64,000 nucleotides of DNA. It comes from Flectonema sp. DT1601 (taxonomy: Eukaryota). Location: contig OZ025788.1 in the NCBI GenBank assembly GCA_964019425.1, forward strand, positions 124,001 through 188,000. Direction: 5' to 3'. Position numbers and translations under genes: made by a program. The notes beneath the pieces were generated by a model that made no database searches, was not told where the DNA came from, and was given only the letters and a program-made list of their open reading frames with translations. Positions 22,501 through 30,643 of this stretch are shown here, in pieces (position 1 is the stretch's first letter; each line of letters opens with the position of its first letter).

Positions 22501-23365
22501 TATCAAGTTCTTGAATTCTTTCTGTAATTGAAGCGGCTTGCGTTTTTAATGAAATATTTTCATTGTCAAGGACGGAAATCGTGTGGTTGTTCTCATTTAT
22601 AACTTCTTCGAGATAGCTAATTTGATTTGAGACCGACAAGAGATGGTTTTTGAGTAATTCATTCTCCAGAGATTTCTTTTCATCGATCAAATCGACATTC
22701 CGATTTCTTATTTTTTCACTCTCATTTTCATTTTGTTCAAATTTCTTTCCGACAGTCGATAATCTCTCTCTAAGAACTTCATTCTCTTTTTCCAATTTAA
22801 TTTTTTCACTACTAATAGAATCGTGTTTTGACAATAGCTCTGCATGTGCATCACTGCCATTCCGCAGCTCTTCATTCTCAGATTCCAGAGAAAAAATAAT
22901 CTCTGACAGGGAATCGATCTTGGATGATACATGGCCTAAATACTCAACAACAGAATCTTTAGGCGAGGAAGTATTAGAAAAACCATTAACATGATTAGAA
23001 ATCGAATACATAATCTCCTCAGTATCACAGAGACTCTTTCTAACAAGGGAAAGCTGAGTTTCGAGGTATGAGATTCGATGGTGGACAGCGATTGGCATTG
23101 ATTCATCCTCGTTGATTGTTTCTTTATTGGATTCGGTTTCAAATCCGACGTAGTACAATATGTTACTATTATGTCTTCTCAACATAGCGACGCAATCAAC
23201 TAAGTCAGCCTGCAGTACTTTCATCGCATGTTCAGTCACAATCACATTATTACTGGACACAGACTCTGCTACTTCACAGTTCTCAATGAGTAGATGACGA
23301 CACTGACTGAGAAGTTCAACCGCAGACGACCAGCCGCGGAAGTCATCTGGTTTCCCAGATCCCAT
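16562..23365 (-). CDS. Large acidic coiled-coil protein (2267 aa) with an internal tandem repeat array
   Basis: Uninterrupted ORF, heptad-rich and E/L/Q-rich; the central region is built from 56-aa and 31-aa repeats. Confidence 0.92.
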   Translation of the reverse strand: MGSGKPDDFRGWSSAVELLSQCRHLLIENCEVAESVSSNNVIVTEHAMKVLQADLVDCVAMLRRHNSNILYYVGFETESNKETINEDESMPIAVHHRISYLETQLSLVRKSLCDTEEIMYSISNHVNGFSNTSSPKDSVVEYLGHVSSKIDSLSEIIFSLESENEELRNGSDAHAELLSKHDSISSEKIKLEKENEVLRERLSTVGKKFEQNENESEKIRNRNVDLIDEKKSLENELLKNHLLSVSNQISYLEEVINENNHTISVLDNENISLKTQAASITERIQELDNTIQSLTEEIEISTEKLIVSEENNSTLKENISTLESKLISEDGSDRAHEYIELNNKILNKSTEIDALKNQLQQQPTRESLDDMKREITLLEVQRDSLQHTVDDVKTQLLTASESLSVIEGVSNSREKTITKLEDEHSSAQGIMRTLEESISHLEEMIEDNIKIISKLELEIISLRETNNTSDIEDMSTQLNTLRELNNEIADSIPQLQEQQPSLDELRSKITFLEQDAEQVAKITAAERMEHTNRIDQLQIESSELLFDRDLLQQQVDALAGDAAQSGELHDKIESYETEREQLQQQINNLQSENDTLAGEDSDLLSELRSKIKDLEDDAAQKTESDPPTGEDSHLMSELRSQIKDLEEHVAQNAELVDKVESYETERGQLQQQINNLQSENDTLAGEDADLLSELRSKIKELEADTVQNAELVDKVESYETEREQLQQQINNLQSENDTLAGEDSDLLSELRSKIKELEDDAAQNTESDPPTGEDSHLMSELRSQIKDLEEHVAQNAELVDKVESYETERGQLQQQINNLQSENDTLAGEDSDLLSELRSKIKELEADTVQNAELVDKVESYETERGQLQQQINNLQSENDTLAGEDADLLSELRSKIKELEADTVQNAELVDKVESYETEREQLQQQINNLQSENDTLAGEDADLLSELRSKIKELEADTVQNAELVDKVESYETERGQLQQQINNLQSENDTLAGEDADLLSELRSKIKELEADTVQNAELVDKVESYETEREQLQQQINNLQSENDTLAGEDADLLSELRSKIKELEADTVQNAELVDKVESYETERGQLQQQINNLQSENDTLAGEDADLLSELRSKIKELEADTVQNAELVDKVESYETEREQLQQQINNLQSENDTLAGEDADLLSELRSKIKELEADTVQNAELVDKVESYETEREQLQQQINNLQSENDTLAGEDADLLSELRSKIKELEADTVQNAELVDKVESYETEREQLQQQINNLQSENDTLAGEDSDLLSELRSKIKELEDDAAQKTESDPPTGEDSHLMSELRSQIKDLEEHVAQNAELVDKVESYETERGQLQQQINNLQSENDTLAGEDADLLSELRSKIKELEADTVQNAELVDKVESYETEREQLQQQINNLQSENDTLAGEDSDLLSELRSKIKELEDDAAQNTESDPPTGEDSHLMSELRSQIKDLEEHVTNLTTNVTELQTENERLAVEISDNTPDGEAALRKQLREQLMMLKSKMAAPDKTINQLTTVVEELKCENENLKTQLKESDTRTHSLTTQVSELQKTEKLIDDHITQNQLLTNQIDELRSDGLQSQENSELQSEIAVLQKQLNDRNSLIDKLGDSDKEMLFQEIETLTEEVQILKSETNTSPQDVNTKLIIEELQNEVTNLQRELEIQQQEDSQNSDPDRDTLLNQMEVLRNEISELKKQDSDKEVLYQEIETLTEEVQVLKSEINTSPQDDPDRDTLLSQIEVLKNEISELKQDSDKEVLYQEIETLTEEVQVLKSGTDASLRDENNQLKLTIHNLEDSLNDNNVLEQQNNSLQDEIADAEKDLTRVRHSLITVGKKASKQKQQLQRSISLCLHNRNGLTIIWFLLKWLNWVGKRRRAKMSKKPTKSIQRSQPASESKLAKQILILRSRYNSKAPSLVLTCVVFGIRKKYFDMLRKNVLHQHRKVKDLTVSSAAFLLRVFFTKWTNFLKPIPDHTVGNRVINSLKKSHVIQQRKQREATVSLLSENASKQCLLVFFYKWKNITLATTERHPPSRLLLLKYYCSWLAGSKVLQSCKKEITSLKNSIRFCLPSSETSSWADKVELGVGSAIISAKKLNSALCDTIHESLSREVISHCELAAVNVVRISNELIQVKLRTGELEEELLCEKRHNTSVLRNRSQSPSNGRLHEMATVLRGVANELSGSPPSTVRFDLSPRVETIPTTPIPGRKKRTVSKSKAIHTLQPGGSSGSIRGGPSFRAPSKVVQCPSYGQASPKWSLK
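18957..21660 (-). repeat. Coding tandem array: 14 x 168-bp unit (A) and 4 x 93-bp unit (B), order A B A A B A9 B A A B
   Basis: Period 168 seen directly (e.g. 19630 to 19798). B2-to-B3 spacing of 1605 = 93 + 9x168. Units are nearly identical at DNA level. Confidence 0.93.
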
Positions 23366-23893
23366 TCTGTTTGAAATAGTGAATTGATAATAAAAAGAAG
23401 AGAAAAAATAAAAGAAACTAACAAAACAGCGTAGTACGATTGAAACAAAGTACCGTTAGAGGCCACGTGAACATCTTGACCATAACACCGTCACAGCCAA
23501 CTCATGAGTATATACAAAAAAGGGAACCAAATGTAGACCAAAGGGAGCCACATGTACGTCAGTCTTTAATTTATAAGACATTCTAAGGGAATGAGTAATA
23601 GAAGATGTGAGAATGATTATTCTCTTCTTCTTTTAACAATTCCTTGATGGGTTTCATTAAGAAACCTGTCACCTGAATAGAAGGTTCTGTTCCTTGTCAT
23701 TCAACACACACATCTATGTGTTGACTTTAGAAATGATGGAAGCTGGTTGGATTTTTTAAAATCCTTGTACGTAGTTCAGGAGGTTAAGGTGGTAATGGTA
23801 TCTAAATAACACTCGTGCGTTGGGTGAGTCGCACCGTGAAATGCCGTCAATAACAAACAAGTATTGTAACCATGTCGTTGATGTGATAACTTT

Positions 23894-24169
23894 TTACGGC
23901 AACAAACAAGTTGGTGATAATACAATGTTCAGTTGAGGAACAGTACCACCATCCTCGCTGAGAGTCACTCCCAAGTCGGTTGATTCTTTTCTAACGTTGT
24001 CTTCACCAAGTGATCGGATTGCTATCTCAGAAACTGTTATCGTTTTTTCTATCGCAGAAGGGTTTGATGAAAATATTTTTATACTCTGTTTCTTGTCTCT
24101 TACAACCTTCTCAATAAATTTAGTATACTGTCGGATTTGACCACTCGGCGTCACCCTCACAACCTCCAT
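23894..24169 (-). CDS. Small Alba-like (Alba/Rpp20/Rpp25 fold) nucleic-acid-binding protein
   Basis: 91 aa; VRVT..GQIRQY, AIEKTITVSEI (Alba AIxKAVxVAEI-like) and C-terminal VPQLNIVLS. Confidence 0.65.
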   Translation of the reverse strand: MEVVRVTPSGQIRQYTKFIEKVVRDKKQSIKIFSSNPSAIEKTITVSEIAIRSLGEDNVRKESTDLGVTLSEDGGTVPQLNIVLSPTCLLP

Positions 24170-24448
24170 CGTTTAACTGATAAGTTGATTTCTGGTTAAA
24201 AGTGTTAATGTTAAGTATCTTATAAATGTTTCCAATCGACGCTACTAAAGTATTTAACCTAATTGAAGTATAAACCTTTTTATAGCCAGGCAGGTTGCTC
24301 TGTTTTAGCACAAAAGAAAAAAAACAAAAAAAACTTATATTAGTGTTATGCAGTAAAATAACCGAATTTAAAAAAAAAAAGAAAGTTGTGGTGTCAGAAA
24401 TAATAAAACAAAACTCGTGTACGATGACTCCCCCCTATCCTCCACAAC

Positions 24449-25654
24449 TTAAATAGAAGCACTCGCATCGCTGTACTTCGGAGTAGCAGGACGTTTAATA
24501 TTTCTGAGATAATTAACTAACTCTGATGACGTAGTCGGCAATCCAAGAAGTTCACTAAATATAAATGGACCGACATACGGAATACCTCTCGTCTCGTCGA
24601 TAAAAGTTTCCAATCTTTGAATTAGAGAAGACGTCATTAATGAAACTTTGTTTCTAATTGAGGTAACGTCTCCGTACTTTCCTTGGACTCTTGAGGGAAA
24701 CCTTGAAGATGTTAATTGTGTATAACATTCTAATAAAGAAACATCTTGTGAAACTGATTTAAGATCAGCAGTAATCTCATTGTGCATCTCGACTGCTATT
24801 TTTATATTTTCAAATGCTGTTTTTAAGATTTCAATTCCAACCTCTGGTTCGTCTTCTGACATGCTGACGATTTGTTTCATTTTCTGCTCCCATTGGGAAC
24901 CCTTTAAATTTAAAGTGTCGATGTGCGTTTCAATCGAATTCCATATTTTGCTACACTCAGTAAATGAAACAGGAGTACTGGCAGATTGAAAAGAGTCTGA
25001 CGGTGTTGGCGTAGCTGCTTCTCTCTTTTCTTCAACTATTTTCAGTTCTTCTAACAAACGACAACGACACTGAGTGAGTGTCGATATAGTTTCTTGTGTT
25101 GGTGTTAGAAGCGGAGGTCCACCTGATAAACTTTTCCTAGGCAATACCGTAGTTGTTCCGAGTGTTCCTCTTCGCGGTTTAAACTTCGCTACTCTCGAAA
25201 TTTCATTAAAATAACTATCTCTTGAAGTGAAATCAACCGATTTCCAAATTTCCGTTATCTGGGTACACAAAAGTGATATTTCACTTTCCCTTGAAATCTT
25301 TAACTTTAGAGTGCTGTCCATCAAAGGTTTGTATTTTTTTAACTGGTCAACTGTGGACTCATATTCAAAGTCGTCGTCTTCTTTTTCTATCTTCATTTCC
25401 TTACACATTGCATCGTATATAAGGACGACTTCTTTAAGACCTTGTCTTTTTTCGTATTCAGCTAGTTGGCTTGTTAGGTTTATTTTTTTATATGCGACTT
25501 CGATCTGTTCAAGACACCAGTCTTCATCATCATTAAGAGATGTGGTTGTTGAATTGATGTCACTGTTGCTGTCACTGTCGCTGTCTGGAATGATGTCGGC
25601 CTGACAACCAACGTCATCTGTGTCAAATATAATTGGTAGACACCCACTTTCCAT
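24449..25654 (-). CDS. Hypothetical helical protein, 401 aa
   Basis: Long ORF with an acidic N-terminus; no family confidently recognised. Confidence 0.8.
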   Translation of the reverse strand: MESGCLPIIFDTDDVGCQADIIPDSDSDSNSDINSTTTSLNDDEDWCLEQIEVAYKKINLTSQLAEYEKRQGLKEVVLIYDAMCKEMKIEKEDDDFEYESTVDQLKKYKPLMDSTLKLKISRESEISLLCTQITEIWKSVDFTSRDSYFNEISRVAKFKPRRGTLGTTTVLPRKSLSGGPPLLTPTQETISTLTQCRCRLLEELKIVEEKREAATPTPSDSFQSASTPVSFTECSKIWNSIETHIDTLNLKGSQWEQKMKQIVSMSEDEPEVGIEILKTAFENIKIAVEMHNEITADLKSVSQDVSLLECYTQLTSSRFPSRVQGKYGDVTSIRNKVSLMTSSLIQRLETFIDETRGIPYVGPFIFSELLGLPTTSSELVNYLRNIKRPATPKYSDASASI

Positions 25655-25816
25655 TTTATTATTTTTTTCTTTTTTTTTGAAATAAAAAAAAAGGATTCAA
25701 CATAATTTGAGAGACAACAGAAGAATGAAACTGTCGATGTAATAATAGTTTGTACCTCACCCTTTCTCCCTTTTGTATTAAACACCTGACCTCAGTAATG
25801 AGAATTTTCTCTCCAT

Positions 25817-26398
25817 TTATCAACAATAACCTGATTGTATGAAAAAAAATAATATAAAAAAAAAAAAAAAATTAAATCTAATCACCCAATCCGATACCAT
25901 AACATCACAACATGGTGTCACCATGTTGTGTAAAGTGATGTTAGTTTTGTGAAGTTATTTTTTTTTTTTTTTTTTGGAAATCAAAAACAGCAGAATACCT
26001 TCACCAGAATAGTGAAGCGAGTCAACACAATCAATTTCGAAGTTAAGATGAACTCCTTTAAGAAATGTGCAGCCGGACGATGTGTAAATACAATGTCCTC
26101 ACACCAAACAGTGAATGTACTTGTGAGGCTTTTCCTTTTTACCGCTCGTGTAGTCTTCGTCGCCATGGAGATCATGACAAGTAGTCTCTTTACAAACTGG
26201 GCATTCCTCCCTCACTTCAGGTTCTTCATCAGCAAACGGATCGACAAAATCAACTCCGCAAGGACATCCCCAACATCCACGTTTTCCTGCTGGTCGTCGA
26301 CTTCCGTCATCTTCAATGAAAGGAGGATCGAATATTTCTTCAGAAAAAACTGATGCGAACACCAACACCATCGGAGGCACCAGAATCCATGTTGGCAT
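25817..26398 (-). CDS. Cys-rich secreted protein with an in-frame TGA at 26101-26099 (selenoprotein candidate or nonsense allele); probable intron 25998-25831
   Basis: Signal-like MPTWILVPPMVLVFASVFS. The Cys-rich frame continues past the TGA as HCLV*GHCIYTSSGCTFLKGVHLNFEIDCVDSLHYSGEG|YC. Exon structure is uncertain. Confidence 0.55.
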
Positions 26399-26573
26399 TT
26401 AGTGAAGTGTAACAATATGCCTGAAATATGATTAATGTGATTGTCGTCGTTCGCAGTAATATTTTAACGCTCGTCCACTCATAAATTCTTTCCTAACCTG
26501 GAAAGGTAACTAAATAATGATGGATAACAGGCGTGTAATTAAAAACATAAATTAAATAAAGAGTACAATACAA

Positions 26574-27896
26574 CTATAAATATGGTGTGGCTGGTGTCGG
26601 TCTCGCTGTCGGAACTCCATGAGACTGCACATCAGCAATTTCAACTTTTCCAACAGCAGTGTTTTCTCTCCAGCCTAAATCTGTTGAGAATGGAGCATGC
26701 GCAGCAGTAGCAAGGGGGGTATCAAAACCCACAGGTGATTTAGTAGGTAACAACCCACTACGAGGAGTTGGTGCTGGTGATATTCTTACTGTACCAGATG
26801 ATGTAACCTTCCTAGCATGTTGAGGAGTATCAGGGACAGGAAGTAATAATTCAGTTGGAGCATTACTAACACAAGTACTTGATCGAGATCTATAACCCGA
26901 TAATGGAATTATTGGTGTCAGGGGAGCCTTTGTTACTAAATGAAAACTACCATCTGGAGCAACGCTAACCTGAGATAGTATGTTCGTATCAACTCCTTCA
27001 GGAGACTGTCCAATTGGGATTCCAGGTTGAGCATGTTGAAGTAATCTTTTACTTAGATCTGATGCTAAGATATCTTGACTTTGGTCACCAACATCAACAC
27101 TCAAATGATGTGATGATTTCTTCTTTGATGATGGCTTCGCATGTTCTAAAAGTCTCTTACTCAGATCATCTGGGAAGATTCCTGGAGTCAGTGAAAGATG
27201 GTCATCCATTACAATTGAACTTTCCATTGCGATATCTGTCAGACCACCAACTGATGACTTGAAATGTTGGTCTCTCAAACCACCCAACTCACTGCTGAAT
27301 GTATCTGAGCAGTCAACCGAGACATGAACAGGACCTTCTTTTTGAGGTTGTGATTCTTTTAGAAGACGTTCCCGTAATTTATTATCAGAAAGAGATATTG
27401 ATTCACTTCCTAAATAAGTATTCTTAAAGTACGATCCGGATTTTAACAAGCCTCCAGAACTAGCCTCGGATTCTTTTTTATTTTTTAATGATTTCCCCAT
27501 CCGAGTAGGAGGTGATGGAGGAGTCCGACGACTTGCAGCAGCTTTCTTAAACTTCGGAGTGCTTTGTGAAGCGACTGGCAACACCATAGGTGTTTCGATT
27601 ACCTTGGCAGGTACTGGTTCACTCGTAGCAGTGGATGCCAATTCTTTCGACAGTAACGGATCACCACCCCATTCATGAGAGAGAGGTCTATTTCTCCAGT
27701 CACATCCTCGTTCTCCATCTGCAACAGCACATGCTGGTACATCTGGAGACCAACAACTCGTGCTTTTAAAGGGTCTTCCTAATGGAGCTGCTGTTCTACA
27801 CCATGTTGGTACACTCCACTTGCTATATCCTGGAGCACATAGTGGAAGGCTTCGACCTCTTCCTTCAGGATCAAAGCGTGATGCCTGAAAGGGCAT
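26574..27896 (-). CDS. Hypothetical Ser/Pro-rich, probably disordered protein, 440 aa
   Basis: Long ORF; internal near-repeat DLSKRLL(E/Q)HA twice. Confidence 0.8.
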   Translation of the reverse strand: MPFQASRFDPEGRGRSLPLCAPGYSKWSVPTWCRTAAPLGRPFKSTSCWSPDVPACAVADGERGCDWRNRPLSHEWGGDPLLSKELASTATSEPVPAKVIETPMVLPVASQSTPKFKKAAASRRTPPSPPTRMGKSLKNKKESEASSGGLLKSGSYFKNTYLGSESISLSDNKLRERLLKESQPQKEGPVHVSVDCSDTFSSELGGLRDQHFKSSVGGLTDIAMESSIVMDDHLSLTPGIFPDDLSKRLLEHAKPSSKKKSSHHLSVDVGDQSQDILASDLSKRLLQHAQPGIPIGQSPEGVDTNILSQVSVAPDGSFHLVTKAPLTPIIPLSGYRSRSSTCVSNAPTELLLPVPDTPQHARKVTSSGTVRISPAPTPRSGLLPTKSPVGFDTPLATAAHAPFSTDLGWRENTAVGKVEIADVQSHGVPTARPTPATPYL

Positions 27897-28586
27897 ATTA
27901 AATGTGTATAACCTGACGTTATAAAGCTTGTGTTTAATTTTAAAAAAAAAAATTTAAAATCAAATCACGCACTACTCGTGTCGCAAGAAGAGACACAGCT
28001 GAAGAACACAAAAAGTAATTAAGACAGGTGTGTTGGTTCCTTATCTTGGGTATTTTTTTTTTTTTTTTTTCCCTAGTTTTTTTTGTCTGCATATTGTAAC
28101 GTTCGCTGGTGTACTGTTTATGTTTACGTAATGTAGGTATTAAATAACTTTTGTTTTTTTCTTCGAAAACTTTCTTTCATTCCCTTCTCCCAACATCGAT
28201 CAAAGATAAGGAGAAGAAAAGATAACAAAACGCACTTTTTAAAAAAAAAAAGTTGCTGTTTTTCCTCAGGCGTCTCTCCCCAGGGAAGGGAAGGGGGCAG
28301 TGACACTTGCACGTTTCTTTTCCTGTTTTATTCTCTTTCCTCCCCCCTTAAAACATTCGTAATTTTTTTTTTTTAAAACAATTGTACATAGCAAACACAC
28401 CTTTTTTTCACCTCCGACTCCTAGTGATGGCAAGCCTACCACTAGACGCAGGCACGCACCTGAAACAAAATGAAACAATGCAATGTGACGGTAGTGGTCA
28501 CAGGTTAATATAAGTTTTTTTTTCTCTTTTTTATTTTCTTTTCACACGTTAATATTAAAAAAGTTAAATTCCCACAAAAGTGACAT

Positions 28587-29981
28587 CTACAGAAGTCCGT
28601 TTAGTACAGTGACACCATCGCAGACCTGTTTTATCTCGTTTTTTTGTTTTGTTTCTTAAGTATAGAACAGTTTAATGACATAATAAAACACAAAGCAAAC
28701 CTTAACGAAATGAACTGCCCATTTGTCTGCCATCTCTGGTCTAGAACGTGGGTAGCCGGACGAGACAGCTGCGAGTACGTGTTGTTCTGATCCAGCCTCG
28801 ATGATGCAGCCAGAAGCTCCCTTGTCGCCACCTCCAAGCATTCTCTCACCAAGAACTCCTGGAACGGTGCGAACAATATCGCACATAGATTCGAGCTCTG
28901 GTCCACTGATCTGGTAGACATCACGTAGACCGTGACCGTCTTCTCTAAAGACGGCACCGACTGTCTTAATGTCACCAGCCTTCCATGCTGTTAACATTAT
29001 ATTAAACCTTCTCTTTGCTTCGTGAATGTACTTCATTCTCATACATGGTCCAGGGTAGTTTCCTGAAAACTCTTTCATAGCAGTCTCGTATTGTGATTCT
29101 GAAAGGTCAGCGATGGTGTTGACACCTGAAAAACGTTTTTGTAACAACGACGACATCAAATCGCATTCATCTTTTCTAATTTTATAAGTGCTCTTCTCTA
29201 AACCAGGTCTGTCAGTTCCAGTGTCGAGAGCACCAATACTAAAGTCTTTTGGATCACATCCCAACGGAACGTAACGAACTTCTTTTGTTGATGGAATGAA
29301 ATGAGTTCCTAAACCAGCCTTAGCGTAATAAATCATAATCTGATCAAGGTAACCTGAAGGAGAACCAACGTAATCAGTTTCTACCTTCTGTGCGAGGTCA
29401 ACGATCTCGTATGATTTACCGTTTGAATCGAGATTCTTAGGAGTGATTGAGTTTACCTCAAACATTGTCAGAATTAAATTTATGCTGAGACTTGCTGAAC
29501 GAGACATACCACCTCCAGGGATGTTGCCGTAGACTACCGCATCAAAACCTTTTGATAAATTGTAGCCTGCAGACTTCAATACCTGATCAGCTCCGTATGG
29601 GAATCTTGCCCAGCTGTGGCTGATCTCTTCGTTTAGAGGTGGAGCTTGTCCAAGAGTGAATGACAGCTTCCCGTCACGTTTAAAGTTAACAGATGCAATG
29701 TTAATTTTATTATCACTTCTTGGTTTGTAAGCCAACCAGATGAATCTATCAGTTCCAACTCCAAATAATTCAGTTCCATTGTAGTCACCGTGTTCAACAG
29801 CAAGACAGAATCGAGAACTGGTCCTCCTCACTGTCGCTCCTGTGAGATCCATTCCAACTTCAGAAGCGAGTCCTTTAATCTTATCCATTGCTTTGTTTTG
29901 TTCTTCATCTCCACTTGTTAGGCAGAATGGCACCACTAGTGGTGCTCCAATGTGGGAAGCAATCGCGTTTAATCTGTCCAT
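28587..29981 (-). CDS. Divergent galactokinase-like GHMP kinase with N-terminal PTS2; exons 29981-28701 and 28625-28587
   Basis: RFCLAVEHGDYNG (GalK EHxDY), PGGGMSRSAS (GHMP P-loop), GYLDQ, YQISGPEL, GERMLGGG. Intron aag|GTTTGC...taaaacAG|gtc gives VHFVK|VCDGVTVLNGLL*. Confidence 0.88.
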
Positions 29982-30240
29982 GTTATTAAAGAGCTTTGAT
30001 GGGAATTATTATTAGTATTATTGTCTTTTATTGAAAAAAAAAATAATAATAATTGATGAGATGAGGCTCACACTCAGAGAGATGACTAACGTCAAAAGTC
30101 ATACATCGTTAATGGGTAACTTGTTCTGTTTTTGAAATATTAAAAAATAAATTACTAAAAACAACAGATTTTATAAAAATAAAAGCTTTTGGTAAATTTT
30201 TTTTTTTTTTCAAATTTTGTTAATTGAGCGAGAAAATTTT

Positions 30241-30333
30241 GTTTGTGTCAACGAAACCGTAAACCGACTTAAACTGATAAAGCTAAAGAAGGTTTACGGG
30301 CTGCCAAACATTCTGTTTTGGTCTTACAATACT
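30241..30333. repeat. Dispersed ~95-bp intergenic repeat family 1, copy 1
   Basis: Shares gacttaaactgataaagctaaagaaggtttacg and flanks with 40981-41074. Confidence 0.85.
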
Positions 30334-30643
30334 GATTATTATTATTTTTTTTTTTTTGATCCCTTCTTTTTGGGCTCTATTTGCCACCAATTTCTATTTA
30401 GTGTATTATTAAGACAAGGCTGGAAAGGAAAAATGTCCGCTCACCAACCCAAGGTTAGTGAAAAAAAAACAGAGTTTTCAACGAAATAAACTTATGTATA
30501 AAAAGAAAAATAAATAAATAAAGTATGCGATATACAGTAAAAAAATGTTTCGTGGGTCTGGTTGCTACGTTTAGCCGCGAATTGTCGATTATAACATTTG
30601 ACCATAATAATAAAAACTAGTGATACAACAAGTCAGACTACGA

